DNA of 64,000 bases from Eledone cirrhosa (Eukaryota), in the NCBI GenBank assembly GCA_964016885.1, contig OZ024743.1, positions 58,776,001 to 58,840,000 on the forward strand, given 5' to 3'. Every line of letters starts with the position of its first letter. The first letter of the stretch is position 1. Below the pieces are notes generated by a model. The model saw only the letters and a list, made by a program, of their open reading frames with translations. It did no database searches and was not told the DNA's origin. A program made the translations under genes and the position numbers. Shown here in pieces: positions 50,990-64,000 of the stretch.

Positions 50990-53900
50990 ACATAACCTCA
51001 CTCAGAATAGGCAGCATAAATGCGCGTGGCTTGGGTTCGTGATGGAAGTAGGGCTATCTGCTCAACGACCTCAGGTCACTAAACATAGATGTAGTGGCCA
51101 TCAGCGAGACCAGAATCTCCGAAGCACGGGCCTTCGCACCGATCTTCGGCGGCTGGGAGGAGTTGCTGTGCTTTTTTGGAGAGGTCTGGATCTCGCCATA
51201 CGGGCCATCTTGCTGAACCCAGAAGTAAAGTTGGTGGTGCTGGACGTGACCAGCGGAGACGGGCAAGCTTTCAGGCTAGTGGCCGTCTATGCCTAGACAG
51301 GAGCAGGGAGGCCTGATTTCTTCCGGCGTCTGGAGACCTTTGTTGGAACGTCCCGCTCTTTAGTGTTAGTGGGCGACTGGAACGGGATCTTAGATGCGCG
51401 CTGGGACTCTGTGGGATTAGCGGATAGAGGAGGAGGGTGCAAGAGTCTCACCAACCTGCTCAGGCCTTTTGATCTGTCTGACAGGTACCGATTGGATTTC
51501 CCGAATATACCAATGTGGACTTGGACAAATCGCATAGGGCCATCCAGATCATATCTAGATAGAGATTTTGTAGGGAAATAGATAGGTCTAGCATAGACTG
51601 TCCACAATTCAAGATAGTCAGCTACACGGACCACAAATTCGTGATCTGTGTGCTTGACTTAGATAGGCTTCATAGACGAGGAACCGGCTACTGGAAGCTA
51701 AACGCGTTCTTACTAGCGCGCAAGGCCTACAGAGACCGGATTAGCGAACTAGTTAAGCGGGCGTTGACGGGAGCCATCGTCAACAACAAGTGGTGGTTTG
51801 CTCTGAAAATAGCAATTAGAATAGAGTCCATTATGTTTAGTAAGGCTTTTTTTATGGGCGGTGGATTGGCAGTATCGGTAGAGGGTCGGACGCTATGCTT
51901 TGCAGCAAAGAGTTACGGCCCTTTATGATCTGAGTTCAAATCCCGCCGAGGTTAACTTTGCCTTTCATCCTTACGGGGTCGATAAAATAAAGTACCAGTA
52001 ATACACTGGGCAATTGCTGGCCTTGTACCTAACATAGAAACAATTATGTTTAGTAAGGCTTTAGCAATAGAGATAAATAGAGCAGAGGGAGAATTAGTGA
52101 GAAAATTAGACGAGGTGCTTTGCAAAGGCATCGCGACCGACGTACTTGCGGCGAAATTGGCCCTTTACCAATTCTTCAATGCAAAGCACGAAGGCTGCGT
52201 TGTCAGAGCAAGGGTGCGTGCTCTCAGACACGAGGGACGAAATCCGTTCAATGGGACCGAGTGGCGGAGGCGCATCTTGGCAACAAAGCCACGATCTGTT
52301 CTTTGGTGGACCACGACGGGCGCATGCTACTCGATCCCGGGCAAATGTGTGAAGCTTTTCAGCGACACTTCGCTCAACTGTTCGGGGGCAGCGGCGGGCC
52401 GGATCGAGGGATGGACGTTAGTGTCTACCTCGACGGACTGCCGCGGCCCTCGGCCACTGAGGCGGAGTGTTGCGAAAAGCCGATAACAGCCGCTGAAGTA
52501 CGGGATGCAATGACTGGCTGCACAAGGAGTAAATCGCCTGGTTTGGATGGTCTGCCCTATGAACTTTACGTACAAATACCAGACTTGTTCGAAGGCCTCT
52601 TGGCGGACGTCTACTGCAACTGGCAACAGAACGGGAGAATTCCCAGCTCTGTGAGCCGAGAAGCGGTTGCGCTGCTGAGAATGGATCCGAACAAGGGGGA
52701 TAACATAGATAATTTTAGGCCCATAAATCTGCTAAACACAGAGTTCAAGATTTTGGCCAAGATGCTAGCAAAGAGGTTGGCGCTTGTCGTTGATCGTCTG
52801 GGGGGAGAGGCGCAGACATGCGCCACTCCCGACAGATCCATCCACGACAACCTCCACCTCATGCGATACATCGTAGAGAGGGTAGCTAGGGAAACTGGCA
52901 CGGGTGGGTCTTTGATACATTTAGATCAGTCCAAAGCTTTCGATAGGGTCGACCATCGTTACCTAGCGGCAGTCCTGATGGCGGCTGGCTTTAGGCCCGT
53001 CTTCAGTGGCTGGATCGCTGCCATGCACAGCGACATCTGCTCTGTGGTGAGATTGAACGGTCACCTTTCGGAACCGTTCAACATCATGCGCTCGGTCCGC
53101 CAATGATGTCCCCTCTCATCCCTATTGTACGTATTGACTCTGGAGCCATTACTGCACAAATTGGAGACGTTGAGGTGGGTCCCGCGCGAACTAGGATGCG
53201 GAAGATCCGTGTCAGCATATGCCGACGATGTCACCGTAGTGGTGTCGAACGCCAAACACATCGAGGCGATCGGCACTACACTAAGAGAATACGAAGCGGT
53301 GACAGGTGCAATGATCAACCAGGAAAAGTCAGTGGGCCTGCAGCTCGGCACCTGGAGAGGCAGGTCCATGCCGTCCAACAGCGTCGTCGGGCGCTGGACG
53401 GACGGACCGGTTAAATTGCTAGGGGTCTGGTTCGGTACGGACCTCCAGACGGACAAAAACTGGGACGAGGTGACGAGCAGGGTGGCTTCTCTCACACAGA
53501 AAGGAAGCTATCCCTGAAAAGTCGAGCGGAGGTGGCTAACGCGTACATACGTCAGTCATCTACTACCGTCTGACCGTCGTACCTTGTTCTAAGCCCCGCC
53601 TGACTGCGCAGGAGCGTTTGCTCTTTCGCATTTTGTGGAAGGGACGCGCTCCGATGGTCAGCCGGTCCATCTGCTGTCAACACCCGCTACGTGGAGGGCT
53701 GGGCATGCCGTGGCTGATGATGCGCAGACACGCGCTCAGGCTACGACATCTCCATCTCTTCCTCGGCGGTAATCAGGTGTGGTCGCCGTTTGCTAGACAC
53801 GTCTTTCCCCAGCTCTCTCCTTGACGGAGCTGCAGTCCTGGGTGAAGCGAAGACCGAGAGGGAGCGCTTGGAGACTGGAATGTCTTCAGGCGCTCACAGC

Positions 53901-54571
53901 CCTCGACCAATCGGGCAATGTGATCGGTGGAAACTCCACCTTGGCGTTCTATAGAGGATTAGTGGCGGGGAAGAGCGACGACGTACTTGGAGAAACTCTA
54001 GGCGTCGACAAAAATCAACTAGCCAATCTCTCAAAGGACTTTCGAGCCGGGGCCTATGGACAACTTCCAGAAATCCCTGGCCTGGCAGTGCTACCGGGGA
54101 GCTTTGCCAGTTCGGGATAAACTCTACAGGCATGGAGGTGCCGTTAGCCGGGCATGTCCGAGATGCGCGCAGGGCGACGAAACCGTCCTGCACGCACTCG
54201 TCCAGTGTCCGAGCATTGCTGACTTGTGGGTTTATGTCGAACACCTGCTGTCACGTGTAGGACGGATCCAGCTATCAGCTGAGTCCATCGTGAGGATTGC
54301 CCCACCCTCTTCCTTTAGCCGGGAAGGGCAGGCAGTTTTTATATGTCTGGTGGCCATGGCGAAAGAGATAGTATGGTGGACATGTTTGAAAGGGCTGAAG
54401 ACGAGCACTTACCTCTTCGGTGATGCCCTGATTAACTTTTTCAAATTTGATTTGAAAAGGAAAATCAGGGTAGAGAGGGAAGTGCTCTCTTCCCAGCATT
54501 TTGTTGAAAGATGGGTGAGACAAGCAAGTATGGCCCGAGTGAATGGGCCTACTCTGAGTATGTGTCTGTAA
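50990..54571 (+). pseudogene. LINE ORF2 (APE, RT, zinc finger), disrupted
   Basis: SINARGL, LVGDWN, KSPGLDGLPYE, NFRPINLLNTEFKILAK, LDQSKAFDRVDH, RSVRQ*CPLS, AYADDVT, KLLGVWF, GGLGMP, CPRC..ETVLHALVQCP. Confidence 0.93.
51857..52047 (+). mobile_element. SINE inserted in LINE ORF2 with 20-bp TSD
   Basis: ATTATGTTTAGTAAGGCTTT at 51830-51849 and 52043-52062. Confidence 0.93.
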
Positions 54572-54899
54572 ATTAAAGGTGGAAAACTGGGAGAGGGCAC
54601 TTGCCCTGGTGGTCAGGGTCACTGTGGTCTTTTAATGGGCTTTCTCCATAAATGTCCTCCGGAAGTCTCCCCCCCTATTGGGGAATTTTTCTTTGTTACT
54701 TTATTGTTTTTTTTACACGCAGAAATGCCCATTTGTACCGTCCTGTATTGTCCTGTACTGTCCTTAATGTCTACTTTATGTAAACCCTTGCGGTTAATAA
54801 AGAAAACATTATTATTATTATTATTAATATTATTATTATCATTATTATCACCACAGTACAACCCTAGGTGGAGTCCATCTACCACTTTGAGTGCTATCG

Positions 54900-55960
54900 G
54901 TTTAGCCTCATTTATCGGAACGCAAATACTCGAGTCATCATGTTAACATGAAGCTGACCATCGATCTCATACTCCTGCAGAATCTTCCACAGAAGCTCCT
55001 GAGCAACGCGGTCATATGCCTTTCGAGGTCTACAAAACAAGAATATACCTCGTGGTAATACTCTCACGATTTCTTGAAGATCTGCTGCAATGTGAATACA
55101 TGGTCGACTATGCTGCGCCCGCGGCGAAACCCACACGGTTCATCAACTTGATTGGACAGGACAATCCTTATGCATCTCTTTACCGGGAAGGCTTAGCAAA
55201 GACATCCCTCTGTAACTGGAATAATCTCTCTCTTGACTTCCTTTTTGAAAATTGTGATTATCACTCCCGATTAGCTGCCTTTCCAGAGATCCAGGCCACC
55301 TGGCACACATGGATCAGCCGGAAAATACCTTCTCTATCTAAGGATTTTAATATCTCACTGTTTGGCGCATAAACTTGCACCACCCATAGAGACATTTCTC
55401 TCAGCTTATGCTTCAACAGCAAATCCTCCGTCCCAATGGGACCCTGTTACTAACACACTGTGACAGTTGTGGGCTTGAAAGTATCCCCACTCCCAACAGT
55501 GCTGCCATTTCTGACGTAACACCTGAATTGTGGAATTTCCATCCTTCATCCAATTTTACAGTACCTTAGCCACGGAACCCTGTTGACCAAACCCAAACTA
55601 TGTCCAGTAGGTAGAATTTGGCCTCCTCCACTAGATCCTTCTCCCTACCTGTTCTAAGCAGTGCTGTTTTCTACCCTTTCTCCACGCGCATAGCAACACC
55701 TATTTGTCTAATACAGTTCTCAAGATGTTTATTTACTGTTTCTGAGGCTCCAACTACTTTTCAGTGGCTTCACCTGCTTAAGTTCCCAAGCTAAACTGTC
55801 GTATCTATCGACCTTTTCCCTTTTGTATTGCATACCTGCAGCTGGACATGCTATACCAACGATCCTACACATTTTGCTTTCTTTCTAAATTATCACAATA
55901 CCCTGTTACCTATGCTCCATATTATGGTCACACACTATTAGAAAGTACATGATCTTCGCA
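54900..55960 (-). pseudogene. Decayed LINE reverse-transcriptase fragment (possibly RTE-like)
   Basis: KAYDRVAQELLWKILQEYEIDGQL at ~54950-55025; upstream extent is uncertain. Confidence 0.5.
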
Positions 55961-56279
55961 TTATCATGTCATGTTGATCGTCATTGGGGCGTTATGCACG
56001 GTCTCTAAACGCCTTCCATCTTTTATCAAAAGCGTTGTGATCCTCGACTTCATAGGCAGTGCCCAAATTTCTACCATCATTAGCACTACCAGAAATTATA
56101 ATTAGAGAAAATATAATTAGAGTCGACTCTTCCTTCACATATTGCTGACCTTGTGCTAAATTTGTTGTCGATGTTATCATAGTTATTATTAGCAGTGTAT
56201 TGGCACAGTCATTAATCGTAGGATAAACAGCTTTACGGCATTTAGTTAGGGATTTTACGTACAAATTTCAAATCAAAAC

Positions 56280-56555
56280 GTGGCCAACCCTAACTTTCAT
56301 TTTTCCGGGTGCCAAAATTAAATTACCAGTCAAGTATTGGGGTCGAATTAAACAATTTTCTCGTCTCCCCAGCTTCAAAAGCTTCACGGTATTTAGTTAC
56401 GGCCCTTTACGTCCTGAGTACAAATATTTCGTCAAAGATACCTTTACCATATATAATATGGAGCTGAATTAATGTACTGGTGTCAATTTAATCGGCTAGC
56501 CACTGCACCCCTGCCAAATGTTTGGCCATGCATCGCCTATATTAGAAACAATTAT
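56280..56555 (+). mobile_element. Old, diverged SINE-related fragments
   Basis: Partial matches: AACTTTCATTTTTCCGGG..TACCAG, GTTACGGCCCTTTACG..CTGAG, TAGAAACAATTAT. Confidence 0.5.
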
Positions 56556-59500
56556 ATTTGTATGTAGCATTCTCACTCATTCTTTCCCATTTCTCACCCG
56601 TCCTCCCACTCGTTATTCACCGCCTATACCTTCACATCATCATCCAAAGGCAATGACAGCCACAATGGCGGTTGTTGCGGCAAATTTGAAGCTATCGCGT
56701 TTGTTTCTGTCATATTTCAGACACGAATACATAAACCTCTTTAATAGTTATTTTCAATCTCATCCCAAAGAACAATATAACAACACTGCCTATGCTATTG
56801 ACCATTATTCTAGACCTAAGATAGCATTTGGACTGAGAATTATTAAATTTATTGTTAATTTCCGTTTAGTAGGATTTTCCAATATCAAGATGGCCTATTT
56901 CCTTTTTATCTGCTCCGCTGATTGTTAAACGTGTATAAAATCTCGTTTTCTTTGAATGTCCGATACCATATTCGATCAGCCATTTTAACAACTTATACCA
57001 TTAATTTAATGTTTTGTTGTTCCTGGAGAAATAATAGCAAGGTCTGCATGATTATTGTTTGAGCAATGACAGATGTTTATAAGATACACCAGGAGAGAAA
57101 AATATCAAAAAATATATAACACAGAAATTAAATCTTTAAAAGATAAAATAAATTAGTTTGTCAAGGAACGTATAATTTATTGAGTTTAAAATCAACCATC
57201 TTCCATAATTATTCGTGGATTAACAATGTAGTAGTTTTGAATGATACATAATTGTTTAGAAGTTCGGAGTTTATAGTGAGTTAGTGCGTTGATTTATCAT
57301 TGTCTTTCTAGCATGTATTGTTGCCGCTGTTGATAATAAAGATTAGAATGTTGTTGCCGCTGTTAGTTTCTTTCGCTAAAAGATTTGTTTTTTATCGTTG
57401 ATCTTGTTATTGTATCAGTTGTGATTTCGATTCACAGCAACGACACAAAGATACGAACCATGGGTCCCTTTGTTTGATTATCTGAAACATCACCATTACA
57501 GTTTTGTGTAATAGTTTACTATCGTACTTAACATCTAATGTGTTGACATAATTCCTTCTTGTATATTTTTCAATATTTTAGTCAAGTAATATTTGAGATC
57601 ATGTGTACTTAGGATTTGTTCTTTTAATAATATTTTTTCATAAGACGTGCTGTAGAATAACACACCCCGTCTCATTCCATGAACCACAAGACAACTTTTA
57701 AAATTTGAATTCGGTGTCCGTCGAATTTCTTTGCCCAAAATGAATCAGTAAAATATATTCTTCATAAGTTTAATAATGGGTATACAAAACAATTTCTGTG
57801 CAACACGCTTGTGAATATTTGTTCGTATACATTTTAACATCAATACTTGTAATTATCAATAATTGTTGATATATATATTATAAAATACATATTCCTTTGC
57901 TTTTTCAGTTTCAAAACATTTGACTATTACCAATTATCGACGCAGCAAAAGGTCTGCTCCCACCATGTTTCTGGAAAGAGTAAAGACATATATATATAGG
58001 AATGGGTCATTGTTTGATTATAGGTAATTTTCATAACTAGTATGGAATTACTTTATGAAGTTAGTAGATAAAAACGCACTTCTACAAGTCGACTATATCA
58101 AAATCAAAGAGCTCGTTTAGTTTTATTTCATGTTGCTGCCATATTTGTTTTCAGCACTACATTATGCACAATACAAAGATGTTATTCCAAATTCTCATTG
58201 TTCATCGGGCATATCATCATGTTCATCCAACATCTAACCGCGAACGATTTTCGGTTTCTTTGAACCAACGAAAGCAACAAGCCTAGAGGAAGTTTTTTTC
58301 CATTATACTAATATACAGCACTTCATCGATAGCAAATATACTTGTCAAACATTACAGCCCTTTCACTATGTCGAGATATCTATCTATCTATATGTCTATC
58401 TACATTTCCTCACCACAGTAATTATCCAAATATCTGCAAACATACTCCGATGTTCAACCCCTGTCCCAACAACTACCTTACACTCGATTATTACTCTCAA
58501 TTCCCAATGTTTTCAACGTCAATACTAGGATTTGCTAAAATACCCTTAATAACCACCAGTGTACCTTCATCGTCCGTAACAACTATTATGATTTCCATAG
58601 AGCCAGATTCACCAGAGTCTTTTTCCCAAAACTTTGAATAAAGGATGAATTGTTCGCCATTTATAGAATTATGCAACTGTTTCCGATAAAAGAAACTCTT
58701 TACTAAGTTGTATGCCTGTGAAATTACTCTGGTTTCTTACAGTAAATTAAATTATTTATCCAAGCATTATGTATTGTCAGGAATATCACATACTGTTATG
58801 CCAACAAGTGTTGGTATACATTATAACTATTTCTAATGTACATTAAGAAGTGACTTGTATCGGATATCTATTAAAGTTATCTTGAAAATATTCGCTAATA
58901 GGGCCATGACAATTTATTACATTTAAAAACGTCAAAGTCCCAACAATGGAACTTCAAATGCCACAACTCTTACTTTCTGATGACTGTCATGTCTCCAATC
59001 TAATCCAATATTGGGCTTTCTCACTCCTTTTGGAGGATCTCCTCATTGATTGACTTCCACCATTCTTGGTTTTGGTCATGTCATTAGGGTTCTAACCGTA
59101 CTCATCAGGTTTGGCTAATTGCAGGTTTAGCCCATAGTTTGGGATGATGGCTGTTGACTCTGTAGAATTCATCTTCCCTTTAAAATCTCTTGTGTTTGCT
59201 GCTGGGCTTCCAGTTACCCTCCTCATCAGACCGATGTCTAGTTGGGGAGCCGGTTTAGTTGACGACCACTCGATCATGAAGCAGGTTGTACTGGTTTTAG
59301 TAGCAGAGAGAAGCCTGACCTGACATAATGTCTTGTCTGTCTTACATATATCATATAACCAAACCTGCACTCAACATAATTGCATTGGACAGACATGTTA
59401 TCGTTATATTCATACCACACTTATATATCAGATGTTGTTGCTATAAATATAGACTACATCCCAAATGATGCTATTCTTTTTAATATGTTTTAACACATCA

Positions 59501-60499
59501 CTGCACAAGGGGCATCATATATAACAGTTACCTCTCCCTGTTTCATCTACCAAATTAAAAAAAGGTATCTGTTCCGCTGACCTATATATTCCCACTCATA
59601 GGCCTGACCAATATACGAAACACGCCTTCTTCATCACATTTAATGCTTCTAAATTAGCAGAGGCGTAACATACATATTTCATTAGAAGCACTACCAATTT
59701 ATCATACCTCAATATTATGTTAATCTAGATCTCTTAAATGCAGAAAATACAATTTATGCAATGTCTATCACGGACTACGGACATACATTATGTTCCCAGT
59801 CTGCAACTACTGTCATTGACATTCAGTGCCGATCTTCATGTTGTACTAACTGTAATCAATAAAATATTTTGGAATCATCAAACAATTTTTGCTACATCCT
59901 GTTCTACAGAGCACACTTCGACGACCTCACATGAACCAAAACAGAGTTAGCAGAATCGCTATGACGTCTTATTAAATGCATCATTATTTTTCCCAGTTCC
60001 CTGCGTACCGAATTTAAATCTCACTATGGTTATCTGTGTATTTCATCTTCTGTTTAGAGTCGATATATAAAGGATTACTCCAAGGATGTTGGACAGGATG
60101 TTTTGTAGCATATCCTTTGGTTCTGTACTCCCTGACTTCAAATATTGATTTTCTTTTAGCAGGAGTTGCGACCGGCAGAGTGTATCCGTTTTTGAAAGAC
60201 CAATGCAAGCATAATTTCACTCGTTCGATCCCATGATCGGCTACATCACCTTTTATTTCCTATCTTGTGTAAAATGTCTGAAAAATCAAGCTATATTCCC
60301 CGCCTTATTTATAGTCCCATAAGTCCATGAATAGAATAAACCATTACTTTCCGATGATTTAATACTTTAAATATTAGATTTGAATAGATTATGTCTTGAT
60401 GAAATTAATACAGAGCAATTGGCTATTTTAAAAGATAGAATGGTGTCTAGTCACCTCTTAAAAATGATTTCTGATTGACACATCTAGTCATCTAAACTG

Positions 60500-60798
60500 G
60501 AAGTAATTTAATGATTGATATGCTACTTTATCGATCTCAGATTGATGAAAGACAAAGCTGTCATTGGTGGGATTCGGACGCATAACGTAAGGTATTTTGA
60601 CTGATGCTCTAAAGAATTTCCCAATCTTGAAACACAGATGGCAAAGTGACTAAATCATATTTAAATAATAAAAATAAAACATGAATTAAGGGGATTTAAT
60701 ATGGCTACGGAAGGGAGCCTTCCTTAGAAACATCGTATCTTGAGTACTTTTAACCTGAGACAGCCCATAACTCCTGAGGTCGGGACACAACGTCTTTC

Positions 60799-60835
<37 letters not shown>

Positions 60836-60985
60836 AAAGTAACTTCAGTACAGGGTTGCTCCTCTATTTATCAACCTTAAAATAATGAAAGGCAACGTTG
60901 ACCCAAGCGGGATTTGAACAAAATACTGTGAGCCTAAACAAATAGCGAAGCATTTTTAGTCCGATGTTCTAACGACTCTACCAAT
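60500..60985 (-). mobile_element. Two diverged SINE-related copies (~60500-60625 and ~60865-60985)
   Basis: TTTATCGA..GATGAAAGACAAAG and TTTATCAACC..ATGAAAGGCAACGTTGACC..GGATTTGAAC. Confidence 0.55.
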
Positions 60986-63571
60986 TCACTAGCTTATTTT
61001 GAAAAAAAGTAGGTACATGTAACCTTTTCTGCATTCGAATTAACATAAGCCGCAAGTTTTTTTGCACGCTTTCTTATAAATCGGTGAAAGACAATTTATA
61101 TAAGGACCGTTACAGAGCAAACTAGAAATAAAATGAAATTTAAAGATGTACTATCGTCTTTAATATAAATAATTTATACCTGACCCTCCGCTCCTGATAA
61201 TTCCACAGTTTAATTAGAAATAACCACCAAGTATTTAAGATCAATATGGCATCTGAAATGTTTTATTTAAGTTATATATCTACAAAAAAATAAAATGTAT
61301 AGCAATTAATTACATATACACAACAAGAAAAATTTACGGAATAAATATTACAAATAATCGAAACTACCAAAATAAAATATTTTACACATTTATAATTTCA
61401 AGATAAACAATATTTTGCGTACATTTTAAGTAAAAAATAATATCAACACCAGCTATGTCACCGCCGCTTTCTCTCAATCTCTTTCTCACATAGTCATACA
61501 ATCTTGTTTTCATAAATACATATGTGAGATCACAATAGGACACTCACTCTCTTACTAACACTTTTACCATCCCGTTTCTTGGGAGACAGAAAGGTTTTCA
61601 CGGGAGAAATCCTGAGCTAAATATAACACTATTTAATAGATAGATATAAAAACATTGCATATTGCATTCTTTGTACGTGTGCATTCTGACTGAGTGTGTT
61701 GTAGGTATAGGTGTCGTCACAGTGTATTGTCAATGTGAGTGTTTTGCTACTGTATGTTTTTTTTCAGTGTGTGTGCTGATACGGTGTGTGTGTTGTCTGT
61801 GCGCGTTCTCACTGTATCTGAGTGTGTGTGCGTATGTGTATGTGTATGTGTGTTTATGTGTGTGTGTCTGTGTGTATGTGTGTGTGTGTGTGCTTGTGCA
61901 TGCGAGCATATTCTGTAAGCTTTCGCGTAAATCTGCTTTATGTGATTACCACCATTGAGCCAGCATGTTCGTTCTTGTTTGCTTTACAATGTCCATAATA
62001 CATTAATATGCAACTACATCTAGCCCCGATCTTAGAATAGTCTCAGCTTATGCTTACAATACAATTCGTTTGTTTATTGTTGTATCTCCTGTTGAGACGA
62101 CTAGTGTTCCAGTTGTTTGAACAAGGATCTGATGGCATGGAACTGCCACAAGTATAACGGGTTGAGCAATCACTAGTCTCCATGAGTTTCAGCATGGTAT
62201 GATATTTGTCAAGACTGAAATACATGTACAATCTCACTTTCACCAGCTGAGTATATTGAGCCAATATGAAATAAACTATATTCTTGAAGGCCTAATATAA
62301 TTGTTTTTCTGTTTTATGCCTGCATTTAAAACCAATGTAACTTTAGTGAAATCCAAATCAATATATATGAATGAACACATTTCATTCACTCACTTTATAA
62401 ATTGAAAACGTGGTTATCTCGAACTTTATTCTCAGAATTTACAACTTTAAAAAACGGGGGATGTCCAGTTGAACTATAGGTTTAACTAACTTTTAGCAGA
62501 TGAGTTGACTAGAGCAGCGAGTCATAAATTGTCTTACTCGAATCGAATTCCTAACTTTACAATGGTGAGCCAAACACATGACATTTCCAGTAAGGTTAGC
62601 CAGCAAAAAACGGCTTGTACTCACCATTGAAAGGCAAATATTCTAAATGGTAAACATTTTACTCCTCACAGCGACTGGAATAATTCCATTTAATCTAGTG
62701 TCACAGGCATAGATCCCAACATTTATTTAGTGGTAGATATTGTCTGGTAGTGATAAACTCTGCAGACTGAATAAGACGGCATCGTTGAACCATTCACTTT
62801 TGCTGAACACTAATAACATGTTGAATTACGTCGAATATGTTGCCTTTAAACGTTAGAGATGGAGGTCGAAGTGCATTGTCCATGATCATGTTACCGGTTT
62901 TCTGGCCTGAATGTTTCCAGTAAAGCAAATTCGATAAAAGCACAGCAGACGATGTTAAGCCACTAGTTGAAGTTAGCATGATACCCATGAGGGTGACAGT
63001 TAGGTTTGAATTCGGAAGAAAGAAAACGAAAAAAAAAAAAACGTTTCGTCTGATTCTCCAACACTTTCAACAATTTCTTGTTTTGAATTACTATTTTGTT
63101 TTATCGAACTCCAATAAAATGAAGGGCAACGTTGACATCGACAGGATTTGATGTTGGATAGTAGATGACCTGAGCAAATACCACAAGGTAATTTCTCCTT
63201 CGCTGTACGTTTTCCTCCAACGACATTGATCAAACAATCAATTGAGATTAAAGAGAAGATTTCCAAGGCCAATTTCTTAGTGACTCCCGTGAAAGAGCTT
63301 TATGTGACCCTAGTTTAAAAATGGATATGACAATCACTTTCCCCTTTGGCAAAATCCCTTGAAACTTTAATGTCATTATGGTGAGTTATATAGTGACACA
63401 TTGTGTAACAATGCTGCCTTGCGAATTAGAATTACACTCCATTTGTACGGCTTCCAAAATGTTTTCGTCAACTCAAATTCTTTCATTAGGCATGGGTGGA
63501 CTCAAGGTTATGGTTAAGGAAACTTGCCCAATATAACTCACAGTGTGAAGGAACCCCCCACCAAATATAAT

Positions 63572-63772
63572 TTTGTTTCTACTAGAGGCATAAGGCCATC
63601 AATTTGAAGAGCAGGGGAATGTTGATTATATTGACCCCAGTGCATACTGGTACTATATTTTATCGACCACGTAAAGATGAAAGCTGAGCTAACGGGATTT
63701 GAAATCAGAATGGAAAGGGCCGTAACTCTATGCTGCGAAGCATGGTCTCCGCCGCGCTAACGATATACTGCC
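63572..63772 (-). mobile_element. Diverged SINE copy
   Basis: TTGTTTCTACT..TACTGGTACT..TTTATCGACC..GGGCCGTAACT..GATATACTGCCAA. Confidence 0.75.
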
Positions 63773-64000
63773 AAATAAATAATTTAGACAACAAAACAGC
63801 ATTATAACAGACATACTTAAATGGAAAAAAAAAAAAAAAATACAGAAAAAAATAATTTATTCTTACATTTCTTGCAATGTTCTGGACATCTGTTAATAAC
63901 ATGTCCACATCTTTTGCAACTATCACGATTGGCGTTCTTGTCGCAATAATCATCAGTCTTTATACTAATATCTGGTTAAAGAAAATGAATATGATCGTGC

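Larger units (their letters stand above)
48849..54805 (+). mobile_element. L1/Tx1-like non-LTR retrotransposon, copy 2 (near full length, ~5.8 kb plus a SINE insert)
   Basis: 5' UTR begins right after (ATT)n, followed by ORF1, ORF2, 3' UTR, AATAAA and (ATT)n at 54807-54848. Confidence 0.92.

Noticed and set aside
57500-63950. Short ORFs that might be host exons or a decayed transposase
   Set aside because: No recognisable domain or consistent exon chain by eye; BLASTX and RNA-seq mapping would be needed.

Overview
AT-rich eukaryotic (animal) DNA made almost entirely of transposon-derived and microsatellite sequence. No host gene, rRNA, functional tRNA or CRISPR array can be supported, and most listed ORFs are translations of (TA)n/(CA)n/(GA)n tracts. 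The repeat style suggests a mollusc such as an octopus, but this is an unverified impression. Zone 1 (~4-36.5 kb) consists of (TA)n tracts hosting Penelope-like elements (PLEs; RT plus GIY-YIG, Naiad-like N-terminus) in tandem and inverted arrangements, plus a decayed Helitron helicase. By eye it holds about 14 hammerhead-ribozyme (HHR) motifs from about 9 distinct sequence families, many with long stem II and a palindromic helix III. One is carried by a non-coding ~662-nt unit (6385-8005) that copies the tandem-plus-inverted architecture of the 3.7-kb coding PLE (25655-33210). Zone 2 (~37-55 kb) consists of (ATT)n tracts hosting L1/Tx1-like LINEs and R4/Dong-like RLE fragments. A ~190-bp SINE family with ATTAT-starting target-site duplications (TSDs) is scattered throughout. 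The 55-64 kb segment is mostly unassignable. All coordinates and structures were read by eye and are approximate.
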